A stretch of DNA of 41,718 bases from a virus (lineage: Duplodnaviria; Caudoviricetes), in the IMG/VR virus record IMGVR_UViG_3300025718_000015, positions 1 through 41,718 of that record. The stretch is one strand, 5' to 3'. Below the pieces are notes generated by a model. That model was not told where the DNA came from and did no database searches. It saw nothing but the letters and a program-made list of their open reading frames with translations. Shown one piece after another: positions 1 through 9,813 of the stretch. Position numbers and translations under genes: made by a program. Numbering within the stretch: position 1 is the first letter of the stretch; the number at the start of each line of letters is the position of its first letter.

Positions 1-716
1 ATCTTACTGGAAGCAGTGATCCTTACACCAGTTTCGGTAGTGGTTGTCGAAAGTAGTTTGGCCTGTTCGGTAAGCCAAAGGATATCCGTATCACCCAATC
101 CGGTCAATGCTTTCAGGTTTGCCTGGCTGTCTTCCAGTTCCATGCGCATGTCCATAAACTTTTTCAAGCCCATGGTCAAACCGGTTATAGCAGCAATACC
201 TGCCATGGCCATACCCATATATTTATTGATACCATTGGCAGCTTTACTCCATCCACCTTCAGCACTTCCCAGCTGACTATTCATTTCCCGCTGCGAAACA
301 CCCACTTCTTTCGTCACGCGGTTGTATTGTTCCAGTTTTACCTTATGATCTTCGGTACCACGTGTGGCTGCTTTCAGTTCTTTTTGCAACTTTTTTTGGA
401 CCGTGATCAGTTCGTCGTAGGATGTTCCGGATAGATTCTTCAGTACTTTTTCGGTTTGTTGCAACTTGGCCCGGTAATCCGCTTCAACAGCCTGGCTTTT
501 CTTCACCTGGTCAGCAGTACGCTTCATTACTTTTTGAAGATCATCCCATTTCTTACCGGTATTTTCACCGGCTGCAGTCATGCGCTTGCTTTCAGCAGTC
601 AGTTCCTCCAGGGATGACTCATATTTCTTGGTGGCAGCAACCATTTGCTCAATACCCTTACCGTAGTCGGATGTTTCTAAATATACGCGGATACCACGTT
701 TAAAATCATTTCCCAT
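1..716 (-). CDS. Tail tape measure protein, N-terminal part (truncated by window edge)
   Basis: My translation gives MGNDFKRGIRVYLETSDYGKG..., a coiled-coil region, then MGMAMAGIAAITGLTMGLKKF...ELEDSQANLKALTGL. Open to base 1. Not in the ORF track because the stop is outside the window. Confidence 0.85.
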   Translation of the reverse strand, partial: MGNDFKRGIRVYLETSDYGKGIEQMVAATKKYESSLEELTAESKRMTAAGENTGKKWDDLQKVMKRTADQVKKSQAVEADYRAKLQQTEKVLKNLSGTSYDELITVQKKLQKELKAATRGTEDHKVKLEQYNRVTKEVGVSQREMNSQLGSAEGGWSKAANGINKYMGMAMAGIAAITGLTMGLKKFMDMRMELEDSQANLKALTGLGDTDILWLTEQAKLLSTTTTETGVRITASSK

Positions 717-741
717 TTTTGCCAGTTTTAATTGTACAATA

Positions 742-777
742 CAAAGAAAGCCACAACGCTGTGGCTTTTAAAGGACA
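742..777 (-). promoter_or_regulatory. Putative phage late promoter, copy 1 (TGTCCTTT-N24-TTTG), upstream of tape measure
   Basis: One of six copies with identical 24-nt spacing; the spacer contains the palindrome AAAGCCAC-N6-GTGGCTTT. Confidence 0.65.
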
Positions 778-826
778 TTCTTATCTTTCTCATCCCCTTC
801 AGGGGAGGTTGGGAGGGGTAAAACAA

Positions 827-854
827 AACGCCCTAACTTCACAGTCCGGGCGTT
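827..854 (-). terminator. Hairpin with CTGTGAAG-containing loop after ORF 879..1289
   Basis: Inverted repeat AACGCCC...GGGCGTT followed by a T-rich tract on the minus strand. Confidence 0.55.
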
Positions 855-878
855 CTTAATTAACCTTAAATCTAACAT

Positions 879-1289
879 TTATGAAAAAATCACGAAAACA
901 TGTCGTGCAGTACTTCTAATATTTTGCGTAAATCCGTATTCTCCCGGATAATTATTTAGCTTCCTATTAAGCCGTATATTATAATTGGAATCGTTGACGT
1001 TTAAATTATCATTATAACTTATCGCCAGGCTTGGAATCCACACCGGAGCCCTCCACCCATCCGTTTCTACAATTTTGCAATAAGCTAATGCTGTTTGTGT
1101 TACCGGACGTGTAAAATTATAAACCGCCGTAGCAGGTTCAAAAGTTACAGCCATTACCGGCATGGGTGTGATTTGCGTAATCACGAACGGGTTTTGTAAA
1201 TAATCGGCATGTTTAGTGCCAACATCGGCAGCTATCGAAGCGGTCAACCCACAAGCGAAAGCAATCAAAAGAAAAATTAATCTTTTCAT
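879..1289 (-). CDS. Hypothetical secreted protein
   Basis: 136 aa with an N-terminal signal peptide (MKRLIFLLIAFACGLTASIAA). Confidence 0.6.
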   Translation of the reverse strand: MKRLIFLLIAFACGLTASIAADVGTKHADYLQNPFVITQITPMPVMAVTFEPATAVYNFTRPVTQTALAYCKIVETDGWRAPVWIPSLAISYNDNLNVNDSNYNIRLNRKLNNYPGEYGFTQNIRSTARHVFVIFS

Positions 1290-1340
1290 AAGAATAAAAA
1301 TTTTGTTGTTAGTAATAGAAAATTATTTGTTTTGAGATTG

Positions 1341-1376
1341 TAAATTTCGACTTTATTTTTTGGAGAAAAAAGGACA
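1341..1376 (-). promoter_or_regulatory. Putative late promoter, copy 2 (TGTCCTTT-N24-TTTA)
   Basis: Same motif and spacing; upstream of ORF 879..1289. Confidence 0.5.
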
Positions 1377-1379
1377 ACT

Positions 1380-2000
1380 TTACTTTATCCCAAAAAGTCC
1401 TTTAATCTTTATCCAAATCACCACAAAAGGAATTTTCCGGATAAAGAAATATCCCACACCGGCACCGGCAACTACAAGCATAACTATCCACCACCAGTTG
1501 TTTGTAGTGCGTATTTTGGTGGTGAGCGCTTCCTGTGCTAATAATGCTTTTGTTTCGGCCACGCTGTCAACCTTTATATTTAAGCCCTCTTTTACAGCGG
1601 CTTTAATATCTTTCACTATGGCTGTTGTGGTAGTAGTTTTTTCCGTTTGTTTTACCGCGTTATCGGTGGACGTTCTATTTGTGAATATCAATTCAGAAGC
1701 CAGTGGTGGACGACCGGTAATTGAGTCTACCGGTTTAGTGGTATCATACGTTTTTAGCGATCCTGTGATTTCACCAACCTGTTTGTTCAGCAGATCAACC
1801 GTCCGGTCAACTGATTTTGTATCGTTCAGTTTTGTATTATCGGCGGTGGTTGCAGTTGTGTTCTTTACCGTTTCTTTCGATACATCGGTTTTACTCGTGT
1901 CGGTCGCCTTTAGTTTTGTTTCCGTTGTTTTCTTCGTCGTAGAGCAGGCGAACAGAAGCACAACTACCAAATAAATAATGTTTTTAGTTTTCATACCCAT
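1380..2000 (-). CDS. Lipoprotein with C-terminal transmembrane helix; probable unimolecular spanin
   Basis: Lipobox LLFAC, Thr/Lys-rich spacer and C-terminal TM (WWWIVMLVVAGAGVGYFF); lies in the lysis cassette. Confidence 0.6.
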   Translation of the reverse strand: MGMKTKNIIYLVVVLLFACSTTKKTTETKLKATDTSKTDVSKETVKNTTATTADNTKLNDTKSVDRTVDLLNKQVGEITGSLKTYDTTKPVDSITGRPPLASELIFTNRTSTDNAVKQTEKTTTTTAIVKDIKAAVKEGLNIKVDSVAETKALLAQEALTTKIRTTNNWWWIVMLVVAGAGVGYFFIRKIPFVVIWIKIKGLFGIK

Positions 2001-2139
2001 CCTATTTTATGTGTCATTTGTTCCATTAATATAATTTTCTCAATATTTCGCGGGTCAGCGTACCAGCGTTCATTCCTGACTAACATCAGGAATACCGTTT
2101 TAATAAATGTGCGTTTACGTGTTTTCATTGTAGTATATT

Positions 2140-2514
2140 TTAATTGTCAAAAACCCGTATGGACCAACCCTTATAATATTTCCATTGCGTTGGTTTATTC
2201 TTGCATATTTTATAGTATTTCAATAGACGTTCGTATTTGTACAGTTCAATAAACTGAGCCTTTGTCATTAACGGCTTGGCGTTCAACTTTAGAATCGAAT
2301 CGTTGAGTGATGCTATCACTTCACTTAGTCCGGTTTCATTATTTTCATAATTAACTACAGCTGTTTCATAAGCTGAAACCATATAAGACAGTGTATCACA
2401 TTTGGCTTTATAATAAGCCGTAGAATCAATTTGCACCACCAATACCTGAGCTTGTTTTGGTGGCTGACAAAACAGAAACAATGGTAAGAATACCAGCATC
2501 AATAACTTTTTCAT
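2140..2514 (-). CDS. Hypothetical lysis-cassette protein (signal peptide, coiled coil)
   Basis: 124 aa, hydrophobic N-terminus; its start overlaps the endolysin stop. Confidence 0.6.
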   Translation of the reverse strand: MKKLLMLVFLPLFLFCQPPKQAQVLVVQIDSTAYYKAKCDTLSYMVSAYETAVVNYENNETGLSEVIASLNDSILKLNAKPLMTKAQFIELYKYERLLKYYKICKNKPTQWKYYKGWSIRVFDN

Positions 2515-2918
2515 AATGAATTTAATTTTTCGATTAATAAATGATCAATAACTCCGGTAGCAGGTAAACCTACAATGAGTTGAGCGCGACGGATAGCCGG
2601 TTTAATACCTTCGTTTACGGCCGAATCAACTATCAGATCAGCAATAGCCTGATCGTTGATCTGATCGCCACCAATCGGGTCCCAAAAGTTGGTTTTATAG
2701 AACAAAGTCACGTATATATCCAGCGTGACATTTCCTTTTAAATTTCGCGGAAAGTTCGGTTGCGCCTTCATTTTGTCAACCGTGGCCCAGCCACTCCACT
2801 TCGGCCAGTTTACACGGCTAATACCTCTGTAAGTTTCGCCACCGGAATCGTCCGGATCATTGGCATAACCGCCTTCGGTAAGAAGTACCCTTGCAATTGC
2901 TGATTTATAATTTGCCAT
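2511..2918 (-). CDS. Endolysin, glycoside hydrolase family 108
   Basis: EGGYANDPDDSGGETYRGIS is the GH108 signature; start taken at MANYKSA. Confidence 0.9.
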   Translation of the reverse strand: MANYKSAIARVLLTEGGYANDPDDSGGETYRGISRVNWPKWSGWATVDKMKAQPNFPRNLKGNVTLDIYVTLFYKTNFWDPIGGDQINDQAIADLIVDSAVNEGIKPAIRRAQLIVGLPATGVIDHLLIEKLNSL

Positions 2919-2922
2919 AATA

Positions 2923-3399
2923 TTATTTTTTAGGATCAAAAGGTGTCACTGTCTCTTTTTTAATGCCGATCAATTCCTTGAGCTTTGTGAGTATCTCCGT
3001 GCTCATAAGCATATATAGGAATGCAATTATCCGGTTATTCGGCCAGGTGGCATGTGCATTCTTCAACACATTGGTGGCGTAGCCGTAAACTACAATATAC
3101 GTCAGCCACTTCACCGATATCCTGCCGGCTTCCAGGTCACCCATGCGCGTTGTGGTTTCGTTGGTTATAAATATCAACGAGACAAACAACATCATATGAA
3201 AAATCGCCTCGAAAAACTTCCGCATTTTAAATTTTGCCTTATTCACGTGTGCATCAGTAACTATTCCCATCACTATATTGAGCAGGAATACGATATTGAG
3301 CACATACAGCACATCGTGCAACGGACTGAACGCACTCACTATGCCGGTAATGGCGAACAAAACAAATGGCTTAATAAAATTAACGAAGGATTCGAACAT
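2923..3399 (-). CDS. Holin (phage holin 4-like)
   Basis: Three to four hydrophobic segments; immediately upstream of the endolysin. Confidence 0.75.
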   Translation of the reverse strand: MFESFVNFIKPFVLFAITGIVSAFSPLHDVLYVLNIVFLLNIVMGIVTDAHVNKAKFKMRKFFEAIFHMMLFVSLIFITNETTTRMGDLEAGRISVKWLTYIVVYGYATNVLKNAHATWPNNRIIAFLYMLMSTEILTKLKELIGIKKETVTPFDPKK

Positions 3400-3410
3400 G
3401 ATTATAGTTT

Positions 3411-3779
3411 TTATGGATACATACTTTTTATTTCATCTCGTTTTGAAATCCAAGCTACTCGAGCAGCTTCAATTTCTTCGGGAGTTTTTTCCAAATCTTT
3501 ATAAATTAGATAAATGCGAAATAGTTCATCCGATTCCATTTGATACGCACGCCGGCGAAGCTCTGCACTTGGAATTGGTGTAACCGGTGCCGGTTCATTC
3601 AACTTCATGTTGTAAACTTCGAGCACTGAAGCATTTGGATTTGCTTCACTAAATGCTACCTGAGCCGCTGATAGCGCAACATGACAGGTTTCCCTGTCTG
3701 CAATATCTGTGCTCGTGGCTATTCCTGTGATTGCTTTGGAATACGTTAGGATTTGGTTTTGAAAAATGTAGGTTTTCAT
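3411..3779 (-). CDS. Hypothetical protein, possible tail fibre assembly/chaperone
   Basis: C-terminal LRRRAYQMESDELF...WISKRDEIKSMYP resembles small proteins that follow tail fibre genes. Confidence 0.55.
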   Translation of the reverse strand: MKTYIFQNQILTYSKAITGIATSTDIADRETCHVALSAAQVAFSEANPNASVLEVYNMKLNEPAPVTPIPSAELRRRAYQMESDELFRIYLIYKDLEKTPEEIEAARVAWISKRDEIKSMYP

Positions 3780-4507
3780 AAATTAAAATGAGATTTTAAT
3801 GACATGTAATTTTTATAAATTTCATCGGCTGATAAAGCTCTATTGTGAATATCTGCGATTGCAAAATTTCCATGTAGTGATCCTTCATTTCTATCATCAA
3901 CTCCTATACTCAACGGCGTATTGCTATAAGTCCACTGTAAATTAAACGGAGCAGCAGAATAACTAAGAAGTATACCATTGTTGTACAGTGCCAATATACC
4001 ACCATCCATTGTTGCTGTTAAATAATTCCAACTATTGTCAAGTAACCCAGATATTCCATCCGTATGGGTCTGTAAATTAACACCATTAGAAACCCAAGCC
4101 GATGGTATTCTACTACCTGCTATTCCGACTGTTAATAGGATTACAGAGTTTATATAACCCACCCCCCATTTACATAAAATATCGTAACGCGATATTTGGT
4201 TTGAAGTTTTAAAAAGTGCTGAAAATGTTATTTTGTTTATAACCAACGATTGTAAGTTGCCAAATCTAATTTCGTCGTTAATTCCATCAAATAGTAATGA
4301 TTTATCATATTCGTTAAAAGAAACTCCATTTAGAAGCATCCCGGTAAAATTATTACCTGATAAATCAAAAATTGAGGTTGATGGCGCCGAATAACAAAAT
4401 GAATTTGATGAGTCAATAAAAAAAACCATAGAGTCCCTAACCGGCATTAATTCTCCTGAACCATATAAATATCTTCGTCTCATATTATGGTTGAATTGCA
4501 AATGCAA
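3776..4507 (-). CDS. LamG/concanavalin A-like domain tail protein (candidate receptor-binding protein)
   Basis: Motifs DLSGNNFTG, LLFDGIND, WNYLTATMDG..LYNNG and IHNRALSADEI are typical of Laminin_G_3. Confidence 0.8.
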   Translation of the reverse strand: MHLQFNHNMRRRYLYGSGELMPVRDSMVFFIDSSNSFCYSAPSTSIFDLSGNNFTGMLLNGVSFNEYDKSLLFDGINDEIRFGNLQSLVINKITFSALFKTSNQISRYDILCKWGVGYINSVILLTVGIAGSRIPSAWVSNGVNLQTHTDGISGLLDNSWNYLTATMDGGILALYNNGILLSYSAAPFNLQWTYSNTPLSIGVDDRNEGSLHGNFAIADIHNRALSADEIYKNYMSLKSHFNL

Positions 4508-5294
4508 GCCTTATCTCATAGCTTGTATCGCTTATTTTTATTATTTTGTAACTTAACTCAGCTGATTTTCCGGCAGGAATGGTAATGGTTGCCGTACCCA
4601 TATTAATGAATGTGTACGTCACCGCTCCCACGGTCAGGCTGGCAGTGCGCGGAGTGAATACCTGAGCTACTGCCTCTGCATTCAGTATATATACTTCTCT
4701 GTCGCAAGTATAATTTGGGATATTGCTAAATATAGTCAGCGCCACGGCTGCTGTGCCACTGTGCACTGTTCTAAAAACAGCATACGCAAAATCCAGCTCA
4801 ATATCACCGCCTGACGTTGTTATTCTGGTGGATTTTAGAGTATTAAGAAACGTGGTATTTGCTTCCAGTGTGGCTCGCTCAGCTGCCGAAATCCCCAGGT
4901 TCGTCCATGCAGGATAAACAAGCGGTTCGGCAATAGGAATGATCCTATACAGCAGTTGTGTACCACCATTGATATATATCTGAATGACCGAATCGAGCAC
5001 GGTTGCAATTTCGTAATTCCCCACAAACAAAATGCCGGTAAAACCAACGTCCGCACCTTCTACGTTGTAACTGCCGTTTGGTAGATCTACGCGGTTAAGG
5101 TCGGAAAGGGAAGTGACTGGAAATGAAATTACGCCGCCGGTGCCTCCACCGCCCGAAGGAGCCAATAACATAAGTTGATCTATTGTAACCCAATACTCCA
5201 CTCCTGTTTCTGGATGTTCCATCATAAGTCGCCATGTTGAAGTCAACACAGATAGCCAATGAGTAAAATCTTCTGAAAATCGTTTTTGGTCCAT
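4485..5294 (-). CDS. Putative tail fibre/minor tail protein
   Basis: 269 aa, beta-rich, Gly linker; lies between tail genes. Confidence 0.55.
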   Translation of the reverse strand: MDQKRFSEDFTHWLSVLTSTWRLMMEHPETGVEYWVTIDQLMLLAPSGGGGTGGVISFPVTSLSDLNRVDLPNGSYNVEGADVGFTGILFVGNYEIATVLDSVIQIYINGGTQLLYRIIPIAEPLVYPAWTNLGISAAERATLEANTTFLNTLKSTRITTSGGDIELDFAYAVFRTVHSGTAAVALTIFSNIPNYTCDREVYILNAEAVAQVFTPRTASLTVGAVTYTFINMGTATITIPAGKSAELSYKIIKISDTSYEIRLAFAIQP

Positions 5295-5295
5295 A

Positions 5296-6444
5296 TTATA
5301 ATAAAATTACGGCACCGCCGGAGGTTATCTGTTCTAATGTTGTTGCACCCAATGTTTCAAATTCATCTTCCACTATCAATGGGCTAAAGAATTCGTCTGT
5401 ATCAATCAATTCTATTTTCAAACTTACAATGCCTGGTTCGCCCTTGGTAGTAGCAAACATATTGGTATCTGTTGTTACATTCACTGCATATTCGTGACCG
5501 TGAGCAATCAGTATCACATCCTGACTGTGCAGCATATCCAGTAAAAATAAACGATCGTCGGAGTTTCTGTATGTTGTAGAAGCCTGGTAGATGTTCGTTA
5601 TTTCCTTCCGTTCCGTTTTATTTACAAAATCCGATATCAGGGCATCATACTTGGCTACTTTTACAGCCTCACCCATTACCGGCATATAATCCATATCTGC
5701 CGATAATGCAATTTTTTCCCACGCACCCCAGGAGTTTTTGAATTTCAGAAAGTAATTAGTAGGTTCGCCTTCAGTAATCATTATCGAACAGATATAGCTG
5801 GTATCGGTTAAAATATCGAATACCGAAGCCAGCACATTATCCGAAGTAATCAATGCCAGGCGAAGGGCTGCAAAATCCAGACTCTGAAGACTGTCAATGT
5901 CATATAACCCGTGTGCATAGGTAGCTACAGTTATATTATTGGCTTTTACGGTAAAACTATGGCCTTTGCCGTAAAAATAAAGCGGAAGCAATTCATCTTC
6001 CCTGATGGTTATGGTTGTATTATTCGTTCGCGTAGACAGGAAGAAATTCACGTCATTATTTGCCAGTTTATTCTGGAAAATACTGCCAATTAATTGACGA
6101 GTCATTAATTTACTAATCCCTCCGCCATAGACAACCATTTGCCCATCTACAAACCCCGACTCCACATCTTCAGCATCCACCAGCGTCAGACAGTAGCGTT
6201 CCACGCCTGCTGTGCTTTTCAAATCAGCAAATAAACTTGTCAGGTTTACTTCTGCATAATCGGAAGCAGTAAAGACAATCCCTTCATAGATAAGTATTGT
6301 GTATGCATACACACCTTCAGTCCCGTCGTGTTTATATAGCCTGTATCTCCCCGACATATTCAGCCCGGTGTATAGCCATGCCAAAACAGGATTGCCCGCC
6401 ATATACAGTTCATTGGTCAATATCGTTATCGTTGGTACCGGCAT
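5296..6444 (-). CDS. Putative tail/baseplate structural protein
   Basis: 382 aa; FLKFKNSWGAWE motif of the kind seen in Bacteroidetes phage tail proteins; position in the tail module. Confidence 0.6.
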   Translation of the reverse strand: MPVPTITILTNELYMAGNPVLAWLYTGLNMSGRYRLYKHDGTEGVYAYTILIYEGIVFTASDYAEVNLTSLFADLKSTAGVERYCLTLVDAEDVESGFVDGQMVVYGGGISKLMTRQLIGSIFQNKLANNDVNFFLSTRTNNTTITIREDELLPLYFYGKGHSFTVKANNITVATYAHGLYDIDSLQSLDFAALRLALITSDNVLASVFDILTDTSYICSIMITEGEPTNYFLKFKNSWGAWEKIALSADMDYMPVMGEAVKVAKYDALISDFVNKTERKEITNIYQASTTYRNSDDRLFLLDMLHSQDVILIAHGHEYAVNVTTDTNMFATTKGEPGIVSLKIELIDTDEFFSPLIVEDEFETLGATTLEQITSGGAVILL

Positions 6445-6671
6445 TAGCTATAGATTTGTTTTGCGTACTTATTATTCATTACAGTCACAGTCACACTGAA
6501 TAGTTTCAAAAATTCAGCACGATCAGCACTTGGACGGGTGATGAATGCCAAAAAATCGGACATTACATAAAGCGATTGACCTGTAAATACTCTGTATACA
6601 ACTAAAGCCGCATTCATATCATTGAACTGCGGAGCTGCTACCGGCGTATTTTGGTTTATTTTTAAAATCAT
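6444..6671 (-). CDS. Hypothetical protein
   Basis: 75 aa; its stop overlaps the next start, and a promoter motif precedes it. Confidence 0.6.
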   Translation of the reverse strand: MILKINQNTPVAAPQFNDMNAALVVYRVFTGQSLYVMSDFLAFITRPSADRAEFLKLFSVTVTVMNNKYAKQIYS

Positions 6672-6675
6672 GGTT

Positions 6676-6711
6676 CAAAATTAAAGTTTATAGAAGGCAA
6701 TAGAAAGGACA
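6676..6711 (-). promoter_or_regulatory. Putative late promoter, copy 3 (TGTCCTTT-N20-TAATTTTG)
   Basis: Perfect Bacteroidetes -7 element TAnnTTTG at the conserved spacing. Confidence 0.7.
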
Positions 6712-6730
6712 GAATTTCGGCTTAGCTCAA

Positions 6731-8401
6731 TTACCTGTCAACATATGGACGAAGGGTTCTAAGGTTAACCTTATGGTTTCCTTTTTTACCTAAAGTTTGT
6801 ACAATACTTTCAATAAGTACCGGTTGACCTTGCAGTAGTTTAGGATTTTGAATTATCATTTTCTCCAATATTTCCTCAGGTATATCCATTTCTATTTCAA
6901 TAGGGATATTGCTGTTTAGTCGAAAATTTTTATATGCTGTATAAAAACTATCAACAGCATCTAAACTGGTATTAGGAAAGCCGGTAAAAAGCCGGTAACT
7001 TCTATAATACGATAAAGCTACACCTGCAGGATTTACAACGGCAGTTTCAAGCAATGAATTTATATTTATAAATTGGATATTGGTAGATGCTTCAGGTTTA
7101 CCGTCGATAATAATACCATCAATTTCGATACTGGTATTAGCATGTGTAATCCCATCGATTGTTGCCATTTTTAATTCTGCGTAAAGTCGTTTTCCAACTG
7201 TATCCGGTGAATTGAAACCGGCACTAATGGTAATTTCTTTAATGAAATCAAAATCAATAGTTTCGGTTTTAATTTTACTTTCTGTATTTTTAGCTGTCCC
7301 ATCACCGGTATCAATTGTTTTTATCAGGGTGAATTCTTCTGCACCAGGTTTCACTTTTCCCACTGCAAAATCTGACATATCCATATCCGGAGTTAAGGAT
7401 AATGTACCTTCGTAATCCCAAAAAGCAACTGTTTTAGTTATTTCGTTAAATATAAATTTACCAACAAGGAATTTTTCTACGGCTGCAATAAATTCCTTGA
7501 TAGTAACATTTGGAACTAGCTGACTGAATTTTAATTGTCCGGAATAAATGGCATCAGCTACATTGTTCAGGAGTACAATATCGTCAGCATATTCATTAAC
7601 TCTTTCCTCCAGGGCACGGCTGTCGAATGTATAGCCAAAACTGGTAAAAATAAAATCAATTAAATACCTTACTTTCAGGAATGGCGTCATACCATATCCT
7701 AAGCTGATGTCAATATAATTACTATTAACTTTTTGTTGTTGTACATATTCCCCTTGAAAAATATCCAAACCATCACTTCCGTCACCGGAGAAATCCAATA
7801 AATGACGATATTGCTCAAAACCATTGAGAACAAACAAACTTTCTACATCTACATCTTCATAAGTACCATCAGCTTTCAACCTGTGAACTAAATTGGTGAA
7901 TGATTGTGAAGTGGCTACCGGTGCCAGCCTGAATATCTCAGCAGAATCAAAAGTTCCGTATTGCGCCTTTAAGAGATTAATTAAATACTGAACACGTAAC
8001 CCAATTAAATATGGATCTGTAGTACCGATATACAGCGGATTTTGATACATAGGCCATGCTAATGAAGACATTGCCCTATCAACTACTTTACTATAAAAAT
8101 CACCCGTTCCCAGGTAAATTGTAGCAGATATCCCATCTTCCTCATTGGCTGTATGAACGCTCAGGTTGCATGGCCGGTTAAATAGTCCATCGCTCACTAT
8201 CACATCCAAGTCAGTCAACGGCTTATAGTAGTTATCTGTCCGGTCGCTATAGCCTACCAATTTCAAATTATTAGGCGTTCCCGGCAAAGTAATCGGTGCA
8301 GTCTGCTCACCGGCATCGGTCAGCATCACATTATTACGCGATAACTCAGCCGCAAAACCGGTTGGAAGGTCAAAATCTATTCCGTTTGAAATTATTCTCA
8401 T
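6731..8401 (-). CDS. Putative tail tip/hub structural protein
   Basis: 556 aa; N-terminal DFDLP...TAPITLPGTPNNLKLVG of the type seen in Bacteroidetes phage tail proteins. Confidence 0.6.
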   Translation of the reverse strand: MRIISNGIDFDLPTGFAAELSRNNVMLTDAGEQTAPITLPGTPNNLKLVGYSDRTDNYYKPLTDLDVIVSDGLFNRPCNLSVHTANEEDGISATIYLGTGDFYSKVVDRAMSSLAWPMYQNPLYIGTTDPYLIGLRVQYLINLLKAQYGTFDSAEIFRLAPVATSQSFTNLVHRLKADGTYEDVDVESLFVLNGFEQYRHLLDFSGDGSDGLDIFQGEYVQQQKVNSNYIDISLGYGMTPFLKVRYLIDFIFTSFGYTFDSRALEERVNEYADDIVLLNNVADAIYSGQLKFSQLVPNVTIKEFIAAVEKFLVGKFIFNEITKTVAFWDYEGTLSLTPDMDMSDFAVGKVKPGAEEFTLIKTIDTGDGTAKNTESKIKTETIDFDFIKEITISAGFNSPDTVGKRLYAELKMATIDGITHANTSIEIDGIIIDGKPEASTNIQFININSLLETAVVNPAGVALSYYRSYRLFTGFPNTSLDAVDSFYTAYKNFRLNSNIPIEIEMDIPEEILEKMIIQNPKLLQGQPVLIESIVQTLGKKGNHKVNLRTLRPYVDR

Positions 8402-8412
8402 AAACGTTGTCT

Positions 8413-9096
8413 TTATTCTGGTAAAAAAATGCTATTCATATTCAATACTAAATCCAGACTGTATTCGGCCAGTATATCCGCTAATTCATCCTCATGGCTC
8501 CGGATGATATCATTAAACCAGGGCTCGGCCGTTCTGTTACCGGTTCCCATCTTACCCATACTAAGTGCTGCAGTAGTATGAACTTTATCGTACTTATCGG
8601 TCCACTTACTTCCGGTAAGTCCTGCATAACCTTTCCCCGCTCCCTGGTGCAGATATACTCCATGTCTGGCAATGGAGAAACCTACCGATCGGGTTTCAAG
8701 TTTAAACTGCTTATCAAACCGTAGATTTGTTTTTATCGATTCGCTCAGGCGAGGAAATTCAGTGGATATCTGATCAGTTGCCCGGTGTCCAAACCTGGCA
8801 TCGGCCGATTGCTTAAGCTCCTGCTCTACTACTTCACTCCATTGTTTCACCCTACTGTTGAATCGTTCTGCAGCTTCCACATCCTTTACCCGTAAAAAAG
8901 TACTTGAATCACCACCCACACTTCCAAAGGTTATCCGTGGGCTGAAATTTGCAACCACCACACTTGGAATCTGGACACCACCCGCCCGCGCTATCCGTAC
9001 CAATTTATTGAATGCATTATTGTTCATTCCTGTCTTCGCATCAACCCAATCAGCTGGTGTCATTTCGGTTAATTCTACCTGTCTCATATATTCCAA
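8413..9096 (-). CDS. Hypothetical virion morphogenesis protein
   Basis: 227 aa in the structural operon; RHGVYLHQGAGKGY motif. Confidence 0.55.
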   Translation of the reverse strand: MEYMRQVELTEMTPADWVDAKTGMNNNAFNKLVRIARAGGVQIPSVVVANFSPRITFGSVGGDSSTFLRVKDVEAAERFNSRVKQWSEVVEQELKQSADARFGHRATDQISTEFPRLSESIKTNLRFDKQFKLETRSVGFSIARHGVYLHQGAGKGYAGLTGSKWTDKYDKVHTTAALSMGKMGTGNRTAEPWFNDIIRSHEDELADILAEYSLDLVLNMNSIFLPE

Positions 9097-9581
9097 TAAT
9101 CAGCTATCACTTTATATTCAATACCATGTTCCAGCCGGAATCCCATAATCACACCATACAGGTTATCACCAATTGGACCGATACTTGACACGGTATAGGT
9201 AGCGATCAATAATCCGGTTAAACCGTCGGTGTAGGCTCTACTGTCTTTAATCATCTTAGCCTGGATCTGCAGTGCGTTTTTTTCACAGACTTCCTGAGCA
9301 GACAGGATGTCCGCCGGATCATCATTCTTTGCGGGCATGAGTAGCATAAAGAAATATTGCGGTTTCTTGATCAACGCCTCAGCTTCATTGTCTTCGAAAG
9401 TACTGTCACGCCCATCAATAGCTACAAGGATTGGGTAATTGATATTCGATAGCTGATTGCTGATACTGGCCAGCGTATCGGAGTTGGGTGCTTTATGAAA
9501 ACTTTTGGTGACATGATCCTTAAAGAGTTTCATCTGTTGGGTAAGCGTAAGCCCATAGGCCATATGATTGTAGAGTACCAT
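9084..9581 (-). CDS. Putative tail completion/terminator protein
   Basis: 165 aa, first gene after promoter copy 4; assignment from position and size only. Confidence 0.5.
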   Translation of the reverse strand: MVLYNHMAYGLTLTQQMKLFKDHVTKSFHKAPNSDTLASISNQLSNINYPILVAIDGRDSTFEDNEAEALIKKPQYFFMLLMPAKNDDPADILSAQEVCEKNALQIQAKMIKDSRAYTDGLTGLLIATYTVSSIGPIGDNLYGVIMGFRLEHGIEYKVIADYWNI

Positions 9582-9607
9582 AAATCGGAGGTTTTAATTT
9601 ATGGATA

Positions 9608-9643
9608 CAAAAAAAGCGCACCGGAGCACGCTTTTAAAGGACA
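9608..9643 (-). promoter_or_regulatory. Putative late promoter, copy 4
   Basis: TGTCCTTT-N24-TTTG; the spacer forms an imperfect hairpin AAAAGCG...CGCTTTT. Confidence 0.65.
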
Positions 9644-9652
9644 ATTCCTGTT

Positions 9653-9811
9653 TTATGTGTCAGGCAACAGCAATTTAAAGAAGTCTATCAATCTATTAAA
9701 CGCCTGTTTTTTTTCATAATCAGAATAAACATCTTCAAAATCAGGGTTAAGCGCGATAACCATTTTTATCGCTTCTGCTACCGTAGTAGGAGGTTTGTGT
9801 GTATCAGCCAT
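9653..9811 (-). CDS. Small hypothetical protein (MADTHKPP...)
   Basis: ATG two bases after the stop of the upstream ORF; the ORF track extends it to 9856. Confidence 0.45.
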   Translation of the reverse strand: MADTHKPPTTVAEAIKMVIALNPDFEDVYSDYEKKQAFNRLIDFFKLLLPDT

Positions 9812-9813
9812 AA

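Noticed and set aside
16-703. Plus-strand ORFs 16..276 and 422..703
   Set aside because: Antisense shadows of the tape measure gene.
3776-5294. Tail/LamG genes as remote DGR targets
   Set aside because: I found no TR-like sequence (e.g. GAAAACGAACCCAC) there by eye; targets outside the window cannot be excluded.
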